Shown one piece after another: positions 25,816 through 38,250 of a stretch of DNA of 64,000 bases; positions within the stretch are counted from its first letter, which is position 1; every line of letters starts with the position of its first letter. Position numbers and translations under genes: made by a program. Source of the DNA: Magallana gigas. Its lineage: Eukaryota. The stretch is from positions 30,070,001-30,134,000 of the forward strand of contig NC_088861.1 in NCBI RefSeq assembly GCF_963853765.1, in the 5' to 3' direction. The notes beneath the pieces are model-generated. The model ran no database searches. It was given only the letters and a program-made list of their open reading frames with translations, and had not been told where the DNA came from.

Positions 25816-26814
25816 ATTTTAAATATTGTAGTCCCAATGTTGTGTCGCTGTTCTTCATTTTTAATCTATGCATTACATAAGCAGAGTGTAATACCAATGT
25901 AATAAAGATCCGTTTTAAATTACTGAAATAACATTTAAACCTCTGGTTTTTATTGTTGATGAGTCATACATATATAAGTACATTAACTTTTTTTTGAAAA
26001 TAATAAATTTGTAATCAAATTACACATTTCGTCGTTTATATGACTTCAATACGTCTCAAGCATAATGCTAGCTTTCATATCCTAGTAATTTTCTTATGAT
26101 TTATGAAACTATTCAAATGTGTTGTGAGCTAGCTTAGAAACACATGAAAATTGCCTTCAATAATAATATAAAACTTTGATGGCTTTGCAATTTATTTTTG
26201 AAAGGATAACGTATATTGGATTTGTAGTTTTTTTTAGCACCCAGCTTCTATGTAAAATAAAAACCTTAAATCTTAATATCCATTTTTAAAAAAAAAATTA
26301 CATCAACGTTAATCATTCTGCTTAGAAAGGTCATTTATATATTTCAACAGCACTTCGGATTTGTATTATTCAACATCTGTTGTTTGTGTGACAAACAACG
26401 TCACACGAATCGAAGACCGCTAAAAGCTAAAAAGAAAACATAACTGTATTATATATTTTTTAAAAAAAACTATATCTATACTGTCTCGTAAAATGCATAT
26501 AGATTCATCGACATTTGCAGAGAGAAGTTGCATTAGAGTACATTACTGGTATATTCCTTGATAGTCTCTATTAGCAGGTTCTGGATAATTTTATTTTACT
26601 TTACAATAATTTAATTATGGTTGTAACGCGGCATTTGATTGGATAGAAAAATTTAGTTAAATTTGTATAACCTGGTTTGCACGTCACAAGACACGTCACA
26701 ATGCACCAACGTACTAATTCACTTGACGTTACGTTTGAATTTTGAACAGATTTATATCATTTTTAAAAGTAAAACGGACTCAATTTGTACAGCAAATTCC
26801 AGAAAATTAAATTA

Positions 26815-26972
26815 TAAGGAATGAACTCAATATCTACCCAAGTTATACTCGTATAACCTGGGTTGGAGCAATTTACGCTTTTTTATAATCCGCTTCGCGG
26901 ATTATAAAGCGTAAATTGCCCCAACCCAGGTTATACGAGTATAACTTGGGTAGACATTGAGTTCATTTCTTA
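26815..26972. mobile_element. ~158-bp near-perfect palindromic element (GCTTCGC core)
   Basis: Arms TAAGGAATGAACTCAATATCTACCCAAGTTATACTCGTATAACCTGGGTTGG... and its reverse complement around a 3-nt TTC loop at 26894-26896. Confidence 0.8.
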
Positions 26973-28376
26973 AATATATGGCGAATATATTACAATATAT
27001 TTATGAAAATTTTCCTAACAGTGAAAATAAAATGTCAAAATGTTTTCCTTTGCGATTGTTAACATTCCTTTGGACCGATGGCGAATTGATTGGTCGTTCA
27101 AACTTTAAAATACTTCAAGACGTGTGCAACTTATTTCATAAGCCATATATCTGGTTGTGCTCCAGTTGTGTGATACACGTATACAAAACGATAAATCAAA
27201 TCGGTTTGAATTTATTCGGTCTTTAGTTTTTAATAAGTTACAGTAAATTTTATTTGATATTAAGTACTTTTTTACATAGACATATTCAACGATTTTTAAA
27301 ATCTGAAATATTTCTGATCCCAAATTTCAAAGCAAATGTCCGTTGTGCCACTAACTGATTATAACTTAATAGAACTGCGATACTTTAATTTAAAATATAT
27401 ATTCTAAAGAAAACTATTGACTGAATGTTTATTACCCGATAATACATTCATATAATGGAAAAACAATCAGGATTTTTTTTCTAAATCATCTATAGGATAA
27501 TCGATATAATAAGAACACAGGGGGTTTGTGAGACATGATTTTTTTTAAGGAAAACCTTTATTAGTAGCTCGATATGGGTCTATACACAGTTCATAGATGT
27601 AATCAAATGGATTCATTGGGGTACCGTTTAGGTAAATGAAGTACAGTGAGGATCACTTAGGATTAAAAGAAACACCATGTTCACTATGTTTCAACAATCT
27701 TCTTTATAGAAAACTTTGGAAAATATCTTTAGCAAAGTAAATTTTGTATTGAGATAAAATTTGTATTAAAAAATATCCAACCCAAGTTTTTTACAATTTC
27801 TGACCTCATTGCTCCGAAAAGTTGTAAATGTTTTATTTTCAACATTATTAGTCTAAGTCACGGGGTTTTAGACCGGGAATGTGTTTTACTGACCTCTGTC
27901 AGTAAAACCATTAGATCTACTCTAAAATTTAAGACATGGTCTCTTTAGCCATAAACCATTGTTTAGTAAAGACATATTACAAAATATCTCAAATTTTAAT
28001 TTTAAACATTTTCCATATCTTTGTACAGAGCTCTCCATCTAAAGGAGATTATTTCAGTCTAAAAATGACCACGACCAGTCCATCGAGCCGTCTTAAAGCG
28101 AATACACCAATTATATTGTATGGTAGATTACCTTTGAAATGATGAATAATGAACTGTGGTGGTTTTTTTTTCGTTTAAAAGTAATTTTAAACCGGGTTCA
28201 AAATTCTTTGTTACACAGCATATAGATAAGGCTTTTATTTTCAAAATAGTTTAATTCAATTGTACATTGTACGATAATAGAACTTAAGTATCCGCTCCTT
28301 AAAAGCCGGATCTCTGTGTAGTACGAATGAATACAGATTCTTTGTAACTCTAAAATTAAATACACGCACTTACCCA

Positions 28377-28387
28377 GGGTTTTTCCA
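28377..28387 (+). promoter_or_regulatory. Possible Rel/NF-kB (Dorsal-type) site upstream of the cGLR
   Basis: GGGTTTTTCCA matches the GGG(W)5CC Dorsal consensus and ends 34 nt before the proposed start codon at 28421; a single short motif. Confidence 0.3.
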
Positions 28388-28420
28388 GGACTAAAAATAA
28401 CACACAAAAATCCCCCAGCA

Positions 28421-28446
28421 ATGGACGGAAACAGAGCAGCTCAAAA
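28421..28446 (+). CDS. Putative micro first coding exon of the cGLR (MDGNRAAQ/N)
   Basis: ATG 28421, strong GTAAGT donor at 28447, TTTTTTCAG acceptor ending 28563. Splice gives AA|T GGT ATG, in frame with the 28568 ORF (681 aa total). Confidence 0.7.
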
Positions 28447-28567
28447 GTAAGTTTGTTCATTAGAATTTACGTTTAAATTCATTATTTTTTAACAGTTCAT
28501 AAGAATTTTATTTTGCGACGATGAAATAGACAGAATCAAACTAATATATGTAACTTTTTTCAGTGGT

Positions 28568-30583
28568 ATGTTTCTTCGAATTCAGAATATCTCTGAGGCA
28601 GTATATGCGGGAATGTGTCTCAAGATAGGAACCCCACAACAAGTGGCATTCAGGAGAGAAATAGAGGACATAATAGAAATATTAGATAACAACGTAGTGT
28701 TTGATAAACATTCCACTGTGATGCTAAGTGGAAGTGAAAGAGAAGGATTTAGATTAAGTGGATCAGACGTAGACCACATGCACTGGCCCATCAACCACCG
28801 AGTGGTCTGGGACTTCTCTCAGTGTCGGTTTTACAACACACAAGAACACGCGTTGATTCTCTGTGACAATTCTGAGAGTCCGCCAGGATTCACTTTACTC
28901 TGGTTACCATTAGAAAAAGCTAACGATTTAGTGATGTCAGCGTGTGTATTGATGAATGGATGTTTCTATGTATCAAGTTCAAAGTACAGAGAGGCCATGT
29001 GCTCTTTTATTATAACTGGTTCTACCATCCATGGGCCATGTAGCAGTGGAAGACGTGATAATGGATTTGAATACGATCATGCCCATTGCTTTGCTAGTGA
29101 TTTCTGGCCTCCTTCTGCCTACTCGTGGATAGACAGATGCCATTCATGGCCCCCATCTAATGTTGTAAACGACATCATTAGCAATGGATGTCACGTTGTA
29201 GCAATTGGACACAAAATAGGAAATCATACTGACAACGAATGGAGAATTTCTTTCTCTCGAGCAGAATACAAACTGGTGTACTCAATGAATCACACACAAT
29301 TCTTAACGTATGGATTACTGAAATTGTTCTTAAAAGAGATAATTAACACTGGATTAAGAGATGAAGAGAAAATACTGTGTTCCTATTTCATGAAAACTGC
29401 TGTTTTCTGGGCAATCCAACAAAATGCCACACTTCATTGGCATCCAGATAATCTTGTGGCCGGTTTCTGGGTCTGCTTTAAACTTCTTCTTAAATGGGTG
29501 TACGAGGGTGTGTGTCCCAATTTTTTCATTCCAGAAAACAACATGTTTCTTAGCAGCATCTATGGTGAAGCACAAACAACATTATTCATGCGTTTATATA
29601 CATTTTATGAGAAAGGCATTGCAATATTACTATATAGTCCCTCTATCATGTCCAACATCATTGATGTTCTTTGTAATCCTAGACTCTCAATTTGTACTGA
29701 TGAACACTCTCTGATCTCTCAAGTTGAATTTGATAAAGATTACTTTGGTGAGATGGTTCGAAATGATACAATAGGCAAACCAGACATACAGAGATGTAAA
29801 CAGTACCTACATACGGTAGAGCAGTTGATAAATGTACCACTGACAGAGTATCAGATTGTCGTATTACAGAAACTAACAGCCACCATTTTTCGGTATACTG
29901 CTATATTACACAACATGTACATTGACACAGGTTTCAATAAGCAGTTTTATATTGTAGATAAAATAGCCTGTCGGTTGCTGAAATTAGCAACAAAGTTTGG
30001 GTTTGTGTCTGACATGTTATACATTGCAATGTATTATCACAACACATTTAGGTACATGGAAGCTTTATCTGTTATAGATATTACAAAGGCCAAGTTAGCA
30101 CAACCATATTTGATGTATGGGAGTCATGTAGACCAAGAGATGTATAATGAAGCTGTAAGAGGACAATTCTTGTCTACGAAAATGAAAGAAGCTGTTGCAC
30201 AGAATATCACACTTGACAATGCAGTATTTTATATTAATGACTTAATACCAGAACAGCAGACTAGTAGACTGCAAGGTCGTAATTTTTTGTTTATTCCACC
30301 TTTCGTTCTGTTATACATGCTAGATTTCTTGTGCTCGAGAAATGTGGACACAATGAGAGCACAGGGTGCTTTAGATGATCTACATGCCTTAGTGCATCAC
30401 GATCAGGGAGAATTGATACCGGTTTCACTCAGAGACATCTCCTGGGAGATCTTGGGGATCTGTCAACAGATCACAGGGAACCTCCATGCTGCCCTGTACT
30501 CATACCAACATTCACTCATACAACATCCATGTCATAAAATACAAACAGCTACTAGACAGAGAATTCAGAATCTTCATTTATGA
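28568..30583 (+). CDS. cGAS-like receptor (cGLR; Mab-21-type nucleotidyltransferase) with C-terminal TPR-like helical region
   Basis: 671-aa intact ORF. NTase signature LSGSEREGFRLSGSDVDHM (G55-S56, D67, D69) and third acid D170 (FEYDH). Mab-21 motifs GCHVVAIG, EWRISFSRAE, SYFMKTAVFW, CPNFFIPENNM. C-terminal WEILGICQQITGNLHAALYSYQHSL is TPR-like. Confidence 0.9.
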   Translation: MFLRIQNISEAVYAGMCLKIGTPQQVAFRREIEDIIEILDNNVVFDKHSTVMLSGSEREGFRLSGSDVDHMHWPINHRVVWDFSQCRFYNTQEHALILCDNSESPPGFTLLWLPLEKANDLVMSACVLMNGCFYVSSSKYREAMCSFIITGSTIHGPCSSGRRDNGFEYDHAHCFASDFWPPSAYSWIDRCHSWPPSNVVNDIISNGCHVVAIGHKIGNHTDNEWRISFSRAEYKLVYSMNHTQFLTYGLLKLFLKEIINTGLRDEEKILCSYFMKTAVFWAIQQNATLHWHPDNLVAGFWVCFKLLLKWVYEGVCPNFFIPENNMFLSSIYGEAQTTLFMRLYTFYEKGIAILLYSPSIMSNIIDVLCNPRLSICTDEHSLISQVEFDKDYFGEMVRNDTIGKPDIQRCKQYLHTVEQLINVPLTEYQIVVLQKLTATIFRYTAILHNMYIDTGFNKQFYIVDKIACRLLKLATKFGFVSDMLYIAMYYHNTFRYMEALSVIDITKAKLAQPYLMYGSHVDQEMYNEAVRGQFLSTKMKEAVAQNITLDNAVFYINDLIPEQQTSRLQGRNFLFIPPFVLLYMLDFLCSRNVDTMRAQGALDDLHALVHHDQGELIPVSLRDISWEILGICQQITGNLHAALYSYQHSLIQHPCHKIQTATRQRIQNLHL

Positions 30584-32039
30584 AACTAGTAGCAAGCACA
30601 TATGAAACTCTGATATGTCAAATTTTGACATTGTAGGTTTGTTCTGTTATTATTTTGATAACATTATTTTAAAAGTACGCCAGTGATAATGTGTGTGGAA
30701 GTGGGGAGGGTGGGGGATTATGGCATTGACATTGTAAAGTGGGTTCGTTTTTTGTTTTTGTGTTGTTGTTTTGTTTTTGGGGGGTTTTTTTGGATAGTGT
30801 ATTTTGTGTACAGCGGAATGGTCATTTCCTGCACTTTAATTATTAAGAGGAGGTAGACACCGCCAATTGGTGCATTTTTCTACTAATTTTGAAGTTGATT
30901 TGTAGTCTTTTGATTGTTTCAAAGTCAATAAAAGATTAACACAATATACAAAATAAATGTCTCAATTCTGATTACATGATAGAGCCTAGTTTATTATAGT
31001 TTTAAAGGGAATGTGTCAGTAAATTTTGCATTTCATGGATTTTTGAGAGTTTGCACCTTTTACCTATCGTTCATATCAGGATCACTCATCAATTAAATAC
31101 ATGTAATTTGAAACATTATAGAAGATAAGTGTTTTCTTCTGTTATTATTTTACAGTCATGTACAATAAACAGATGACCCAAAATCGATGTCTCATTTAAA
31201 TAAAAAAATATTGTATAGTTGGTCCCTTATCTCAGCAAACCTTTCGGTACCTGAAGGATTAGAGAAATTCTATTTTATGAGCCTGTGGCTCAAGAAAGCA
31301 CTATATAGCATTACTTTTCCGAGTTCAGTGAGTCAAAACATTCAAGCACTCGATTCAGAAATCTTAACACAGGAATATACTGTGTACACCATACTATAGA
31401 AAGGTATCATCAGGCTAATTACATAGAATATCCATATGTATCTCATTCTTCACATCCTTAAAGGTTTTATTGGATGTGGGGCCATTCTAATACATATCGC
31501 CTTTAGGGTCTGCGGGGGTATCATATAGCATATTCAAAGCGTGGTCACAAATAAGCTATACAAAATGATATATGAATGAAGAAAGATAATTTTGTCTCAA
31601 CTCAAATAAAAGTTCATTAAATATCATATACCTAGTAGCACAAATATGAATGCAATATTTTTCAACAGTCAAGCACTTTAGTAACAAAATCATTATAATT
31701 GACTGGCAAATCCTTATGGCAGAACAGAAAGAATGTTTTGGTAGAATTTTTTCGAAGTCCAGTAGCATTGTCTGTAATATCCTTTATCAATGCCTCGGAT
31801 GCAAAAGCTATTGAAGCTGTACTTCCTCAAAATGAAGAAGCAGTATACACAGTTCAATCTATCCAAGATGATGATACCACACTCTCGAGCTAGAGTACAT
31901 GTAGTCACATTATTCGACGCTTTATATGAAATAAACAGATCAGAACATTTATTTCAAAGACACATAATTCCTTCTTCTAGAATAAAAAATTGTCACAGTA
32001 AGGTAATGAAGCTCCAGTTTTGGTTGTATTTGAAAAATA

Positions 32040-32380
32040 CAGGCACGTAGCATCAGGGGGAGGGGCCAGTCCCCCCCCCCCCCCCAATCCTCCCCATATT
32101 TTTGCGCAGCAAAGATTTTTCTTTAATCTACATACAAAAAAATTGAATTAACATGCAGCCCCCTACTTTTATGGAACCATGTAAAAAAATTGAAAATAAG
32201 GAAATGACCAGTGAAATGAAATTGAAGTTAAAGGTATATTCCCCCCCCCCCCCCCCCCCCCACGCATTAGGATTTTCGGGATTTTGGAAAGTAACCTTTA
32301 ACCTATTTCTTTTTTTTCTTTTTTCTTTTTTTGGATGAGTCTGCCCCCCCCCCCCTTTCAAAAACGATGCTACGTGCCTG
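32040..32380. mobile_element. Poly-G/C-rich MITE with CAGGCACGTAGCATC TIRs and 5-bp TSD
   Basis: AAATA|CAGGCACGTAGCATC...GATGCTACGTGCCTG|AAATA; site is empty in the unit C homologue near 46235. Confidence 0.85.
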
Positions 32381-33378
32381 AAATATACCTTTTCATAACA
32401 AACACACATATAATCAAAGTTCAATGCACAAATGATCCTTGTAGCAGTAGTTATAACGCTCACAGCGCCACCAATTTCAACGTTAACATTTTCAGAGCCT
32501 AGTTTTTCTAAGATAAATAGTCTTTTAAAAAGTGCAAAACTACAGATACATCCCATATTATTTTTACATTTAGGTCCTGCTAAATTCAATTGTAATTAGT
32601 AACAAAAATGTATCATTAGTCTAAAATATCTGAAATAAAAGCAATGTTTGCATAAGCATTACTTTTTTGAATTAATAACAGAAAAAGAACAGTTCGATTT
32701 ACTAAATGCTCCAAATACTAGTATAGAACATTTAGTTGAAACAGATTCTTGGAATAAACTCTCCTTTCACGACAACAATTAATCCTTGACTTCCTTTTTA
32801 TGACCAATTCTTCAATTTATTAAAAGAAGGATGTAAATATAAACAATAAAATACTTTTTGTGATTCATGCGGGTTATAAAAGTAGCGAGGGTTATGTACT
32901 TTTTTTCTGCAATGTCGCTACCTTCATACCCCGCAAGAATCACAAAAGAAAACATATTATTGTTTAATTATAGTTTTAAGCGACACTAATATAAACTGTG
33001 TTTTTCATTCACCACTGTTACTAGTATACTATACATGTACTATGTTTAGTCAAACAAACGCACAAAGTATGTGAAAACTTATCGTAATGTGAGAGGCGGG
33101 CGAATAAGTAATCAAGTGTCAGTGTAAAGAAAAGAAAAAAAATAAATGCTGTGTTTGTGATACAATATTTTAATAATATGAAAGTAAAATATTTGTATTC
33201 AGTATCATTTTTCATACCTAAGTGGTTTAAAACATGATAATATGTATTTAAATAAAAGGCAAAATTTGATTGACTACATCTACCCCCACCGAGGTGCCCC
33301 CAAAACCTACATGATTATAAATAAACCACGTGATCTTGCCAGGTTACTAGACCAGGAAGAAAACATATTGGAGCTACC

Positions 33379-33665
33379 ATGTTGATTCGCGAAGGTCTGT
33401 AGTTAATTTATTAGAAATTGCACGAGTGTCCATTATACAATAGGCTAAAATATTTTTATAACACTTATCGCAAAATCAACTAATGGGATTTTTTCAGTAG
33501 ACATGAAAATGGGGTCAATGTGCAAAATATTTAAATTAAGTTGGTCAATCAAATAAGTAAACAAGTAATAGTTCATGTGCACTTGCAAAAATATTTACGA
33601 GAGTAAAAAATCTTCATTTGTTATGAAACAATCATTTATGACATTTTCTTTCAGAATTCTCCTAA
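33379..33665 (+). promoter_or_regulatory. Exon-spanning uORF (MLIRE|EFS*) and first intron of TRIM-NHL A
   Basis: ATG 33379, donor GT 33395, TTTCTTTCAG acceptor ending 33654, TAA 33663-33665, in frame with main ATG 33687; same layout in B, C and D. Confidence 0.65.
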
Positions 33666-33686
33666 AATACTTCAAGACTTCCGACC

Positions 33687-35396
33687 ATGTTGCCCCGCAG
33701 TTGGGCCCAAGATGTGTTACGGTGTCATCTCTGTGAGACCCCGGGCCCCCCTATGTACTGTGACATTTGTCACATACAACTATGTAAAGCCTGTGTGGGG
33801 GAACACCTCTCTGATGAATCAACAGAACACAAAGTAGTGCCATTTAAAAAGCGAGGACTTAATCCGAAATGTTCAAAACATTCAACACAATTATGTGAAC
33901 TTTATTGTGAACACTGTGACATTCCTATTTGTTTGGAGTGCGTCTCCTCTCGTGAACATCTAGGACATGAACAAATGAACATTCGGAAATTACTTGATGC
34001 AAAGAAAGAAGCTTTACATAGAGATTTACACGAATTAGAAAATTCAATTTATCCGAAATGCCAAAAGATTGCATCCATCATACCGGTTCAGAAAGCTGAT
34101 CTCAGTCAAAATTCCAAGAAATTAACAGTAGATATTAATAATCATGGAGAAGAATTACACAGAGAAATAGACAGTGCTATCAAGAAAATGAAATCTGATG
34201 TAGAAAAAATGGAATCCAAAAACTTTATTGTCCTTGATAAGCAGGAAAATGGGGTCAAACGCATTATTTCTGAAATCGAACAGAGTATTGCTGATCTGAA
34301 CAAGTTACTGAACTCCAATGATGTCAGCCTTGTTTCTGCCTACAAATCAAGGAATGCTGAATTCAGACGATTGCCTCCTAAACTCTCAGTTTCCTTACCA
34401 AGATTCACCCCTCAGAAGATTAACAAAGAGCAAATTTATCAGCAGATTGGTTCTCTGTCAGCCGTATCTATCATAACAGAAGAACATGGCTACACAATGG
34501 ATTCTCCTGGTGCAGAGTCCTCTCCCCCGGACACACCTTTCATTGATGTACCACGGATAATCATGGATTTCAACACAGAGTATGGAGGATCTAATAGATT
34601 AGGCAGTGTGTATGAAGGATATAAGAATGCTTTATGGTGTGTTTCCTGTCTGAGTGATAATGAAGTGTGGACGAGTGGTGCGGACAACATGATGAGACTC
34701 TACAACCTCCACGGTGAAATATTAAAGTCAATCCAAACCAAGTCATTGAACATGCCAGGTGACATAGCCGTGACACAGAGTGGTGAACTAGTTTATACTG
34801 ATGCCTATGATAGAACTGTGAACATAGTAAAGAATACACAGATACAGACAGTGATCAGATTACAAGAGTGGAGATCTTTGAATGTCTGTATTACCTCCTC
34901 TGGTGACCTCCTGGTTGTCATGGACAATGTTGTTGAAAAAAAAGCAAAAGTTGTGCGTTACTCTGATTACAAAGAGAAACAAATAATTCAGTACAATAAC
35001 AAAAGGCAACCTCTTTATTCATTTGATAGATTTGATTTTGCTAAATACATCAGTGAGAATAAGAACCTAGATATATGCGTATCTGACTGTGAAGCCGGTG
35101 CAGTAGTGGTTGTCAATCAGGCCGGAAAACTCCGGTTTACCTACACCGGTCCTCTCTCTACTACCAAGGAATCATTTCATCCAACCGGCATCACTACAGA
35201 CAGCCAGGGTTTGATCCTGACATCAGACATAAACAACCACCGTATCCACATCCTGGATCAGGACGGACAGTTCCTCCGCTACATTGACAACTGTCATTTA
35301 CAGAATCCATCGGGTTTATGTGTGGACACCAAAGACAACCTCTTTGTGGCTGAGAGTAACACTGGCAAAGTGAAGAAAATCCAATATTACAAGTAA
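33687..35396 (+). CDS. RING-less TRIM-NHL protein A, 569 aa
   Basis: Intact ORF with two B-boxes, coiled coil and NHL repeats; 10-aa insertion at the start of the NHL region. Confidence 0.93.
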   Translation: MLPRSWAQDVLRCHLCETPGPPMYCDICHIQLCKACVGEHLSDESTEHKVVPFKKRGLNPKCSKHSTQLCELYCEHCDIPICLECVSSREHLGHEQMNIRKLLDAKKEALHRDLHELENSIYPKCQKIASIIPVQKADLSQNSKKLTVDINNHGEELHREIDSAIKKMKSDVEKMESKNFIVLDKQENGVKRIISEIEQSIADLNKLLNSNDVSLVSAYKSRNAEFRRLPPKLSVSLPRFTPQKINKEQIYQQIGSLSAVSIITEEHGYTMDSPGAESSPPDTPFIDVPRIIMDFNTEYGGSNRLGSVYEGYKNALWCVSCLSDNEVWTSGADNMMRLYNLHGEILKSIQTKSLNMPGDIAVTQSGELVYTDAYDRTVNIVKNTQIQTVIRLQEWRSLNVCITSSGDLLVVMDNVVEKKAKVVRYSDYKEKQIIQYNNKRQPLYSFDRFDFAKYISENKNLDICVSDCEAGAVVVVNQAGKLRFTYTGPLSTTKESFHPTGITTDSQGLILTSDINNHRIHILDQDGQFLRYIDNCHLQNPSGLCVDTKDNLFVAESNTGKVKKIQYYK

Positions 35397-35900
35397 ACAA
35401 ATTGTGGACACTGAACCCTATCCTTCTAGATCCGCGATCTATATTATACCAGTTAGAAATTACATTGAATGGCCCAGTTTATAAATATCGTCATGTTATT
35501 CTTGCATATGATTCACATCTTTAAGATGCTTTATGTATTACCATATGCTGCATACTCTTAGTCATGTACTAGTATATATAGGCCTATATTTTTTTTCATA
35601 TAAACATACTGTTAATGTATAATAAATGTATAAATAAAATAACAATTATTGTATCACACATTCTATAGATCTATATTTTACTTTACTATCATTTTTCCTT
35701 CATGCAATAATTGTAATTACACTGTAAAATGATTTTTTTTACAACCTTGTTAATAAAGACATCTCAGCTCGGGTACATCAATAATTTCATATTTATTTGG
35801 TATTTGTAATTATTTCATGGATATTGATCTGTTTAAATGCACGTTTAATATATAAAAAAAGAGTATATTACAGATGATTCTCTTTATGCGTCTTTTATAG

Positions 35901-35973
35901 TAGTCAGGTTCCCGAGACCCCTCTGTTTTTATTATTCAATAATAAAAACAGAGGGGTCTCGGGAACCTGACTA
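35901..35973. mobile_element. 73-bp perfect palindromic MITE (TAG...CTA)
   Basis: 36-bp perfect arms around a single C (35937); flanks CTTTTATAG / CTTATAG; absent from the homologous site in unit C (~51900). Confidence 0.85.
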
Positions 35974-38250
35974 CTTATAGTTCTCTTAAAATATTTGAAA
36001 TTATTACATAGAAAATTGCATGTAAATGAGATTAATAGCTGCCTCTAAGAATACCATTTCTGCAGTTTCAAAATTTGAGCTCATAATTTGAACCATGCCA
36101 TAAAAATGGAAAAGGATAACAATGTGCGTAAAACCAAATTGAATGTACTGTAACACTGTGACAAGTTTGCCGTTAACATGTGTTACCTGATAAATGTTTG
36201 TTTCAATTTCTGTATACAGACTGTTTATGTATCAAAGATGATTGTTTGATAATTGCTGTCTGCAACCGATGTGCATGTATTCGTATATCTTATTCGCTGA
36301 TTTAAGAAAATAGTAGCAAAAAATATGCATTCAGATCAATACATGATTACTTATAATGCAGTAACTGGTTGTCAGAAGTTTATTATTATAAAAAATGCTT
36401 TAATTACAAATCAATCAGAGGTTTATTGAATAATTTTTACTTCGAAGAAGAATGCATAGTTACATATTTGATAATATTCACCCTACAGTGCACAACAAAG
36501 ATTTTTCTTAAATTTACGTACAAAAAATTAGGATTATGATTTCAGGATTTTGGAGGAAAGTTACCTTTGCCCTTTTTTATGGTAACTACGGGTTTGCATG
36601 TGTTCAAGTCTGTCAGCGTAAAGTCCGAGTATTGGGTCTCTGGAGCGAGAGAATGATGATTGGTTCGTTTTCGTATGATCAAATAGTGAAACACTGCAGA
36701 TCTAGAGAACTATCATAATTATGGGTTTACATCGGATGACCTGAGATAGTCAACTTTTATCTTTTAACTGTCTCATATTTATATGATTTTCATTTTGTTT
36801 AATCATACAAACCCCGCTTAGCTTGGGGCCCTTTTACTAAACATTGTACATCATTTGAATTTATTTGACAGTACATTATATAATCAATTCGTAGCGTCTT
36901 CCCACAAATAATAAATGAAAAATAAAATTTGGTGTTTTGCCTATTTTAAAATAGTGTATCACAAAGACACTAAAAAATGTAAATATTGGCACAAACATTG
37001 CTCATACAATATCTTAAATGTGATTCCTTGTCGGAACAGCCAACGCTTGCCTGGTAAAGTGTTCAGTTGTTTTGTTTTGTTTGTTTGTTTGCATGGGTTT
37101 TTTTTTGTTGGAGGAGGGGGGGGGGGGGTGCGTGCTGCTAATTTTGATTAATTTTATAAATCCGTTAATTCGCGGTGTTAAAAATGAGACACGTAAACTT
37201 TTTCAGTATAATGAACGTACATACATTTGAATTTCTCGAATTTCTTTTGATTTTAAAGTTCAAATCTTAGTTGTGTCATCGATATCCTCACATTGCATCT
37301 TTTCAACTGTTTTTAAATTGATAATCTCGAGAATAAAAGCATCAAAGGATCAAAGAAAATTAGGAGAAAGTAAACACTTTTTTTTCAGATTGATGCCCTC
37401 CATGTTAGTTCGAAATATTTGCCGTTTTCCTGGCTTTTTAACAATTTTTAAATGCCGTTTTTCTGGCATTTTGAATAACAAAATCATTTTTTTAAAAGTC
37501 AGGAAGAAGTCAGATATTTTGGACTACATGTACCTACATGCATGTTTCCATAAGTTTTCGGAATCTGAATATTGCAAAATCTTTGTTAATTAAACCATTA
37601 AATTCCGTCATTGGTCTAATGAACCTACTGTAAACATCATCTTGTTTTGCCCTCCTCTTAGATTTCTCTATATACCAATAGCTTGACTTTAGATCTAACT
37701 AACTGAAAGAAGTACTCGCTGAGATTTATGATAAACTCCATCTAACGTATTCATGGTCTAGTATGCCCTCATCAGTTCTGGGTAAAGTGAAGTCGTCCGT
37801 GTAAATTGTTTTGTATATGTTATTCAACTTGCGTAAGTCGGTGTAAAACCTAAAATATCCATACATATTTTTCAACAGTCAAGCACTTTAGTAAAAAAAA
37901 TCATTATTATTGACTGGCAAATCATTATGGCAGAACAGAAAGAATGTTTTGGTGGAATTTTTTCGAAGTCCAGTAGCATTGTCTGTAATATCCTTTATCA
38001 ATGCCTCGGATACAAAAGCTATTGAAGCTGTATTTCCTCAAAATGAAGAAGAAGTATACACAGTTGAATATATCCAAGATGATGATACCACACTCTAGAG
38101 CTAGAGCACATGTAGTCACATTATTACACGCTTTATATGAAATAAACAGATCAGAACATTTATTTCAATGACACATAATTCCTTCTTCTAAAATAAAAAA
38201 TTGTCACAGAAAGGTAATGGAGCTCCAGTTTTGGTTGCATTTGAAAAATA

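Noticed and set aside
25420-26972. CRISPR-like or pre-miRNA interpretation of the short repeats and hairpins
   Set aside because: No constant repeat with unique equal-length spacers and no cas genes in a eukaryotic locus. The long near-perfect hairpins, several with TSDs, fit MITEs better than miRNA precursors.
27883-27908. 11-bp stem-loop GTTTTACTGAC-CTCT-GTCAGTAAAAC upstream of the cGLR
   Set aside because: Eukaryotic context, so not a rho-independent terminator; probably a repeat fragment and too short to interpret.
31699-38119. Recurrent short ORFs in duplicated flanks (MTGKSLWQ..., MKNKIWCF..., MISGFWRK..., MKNDTEYK...)
   Set aside because: They recur only because the flanking DNA is recently duplicated; they are disrupted in more diverged copies and have no domain features.
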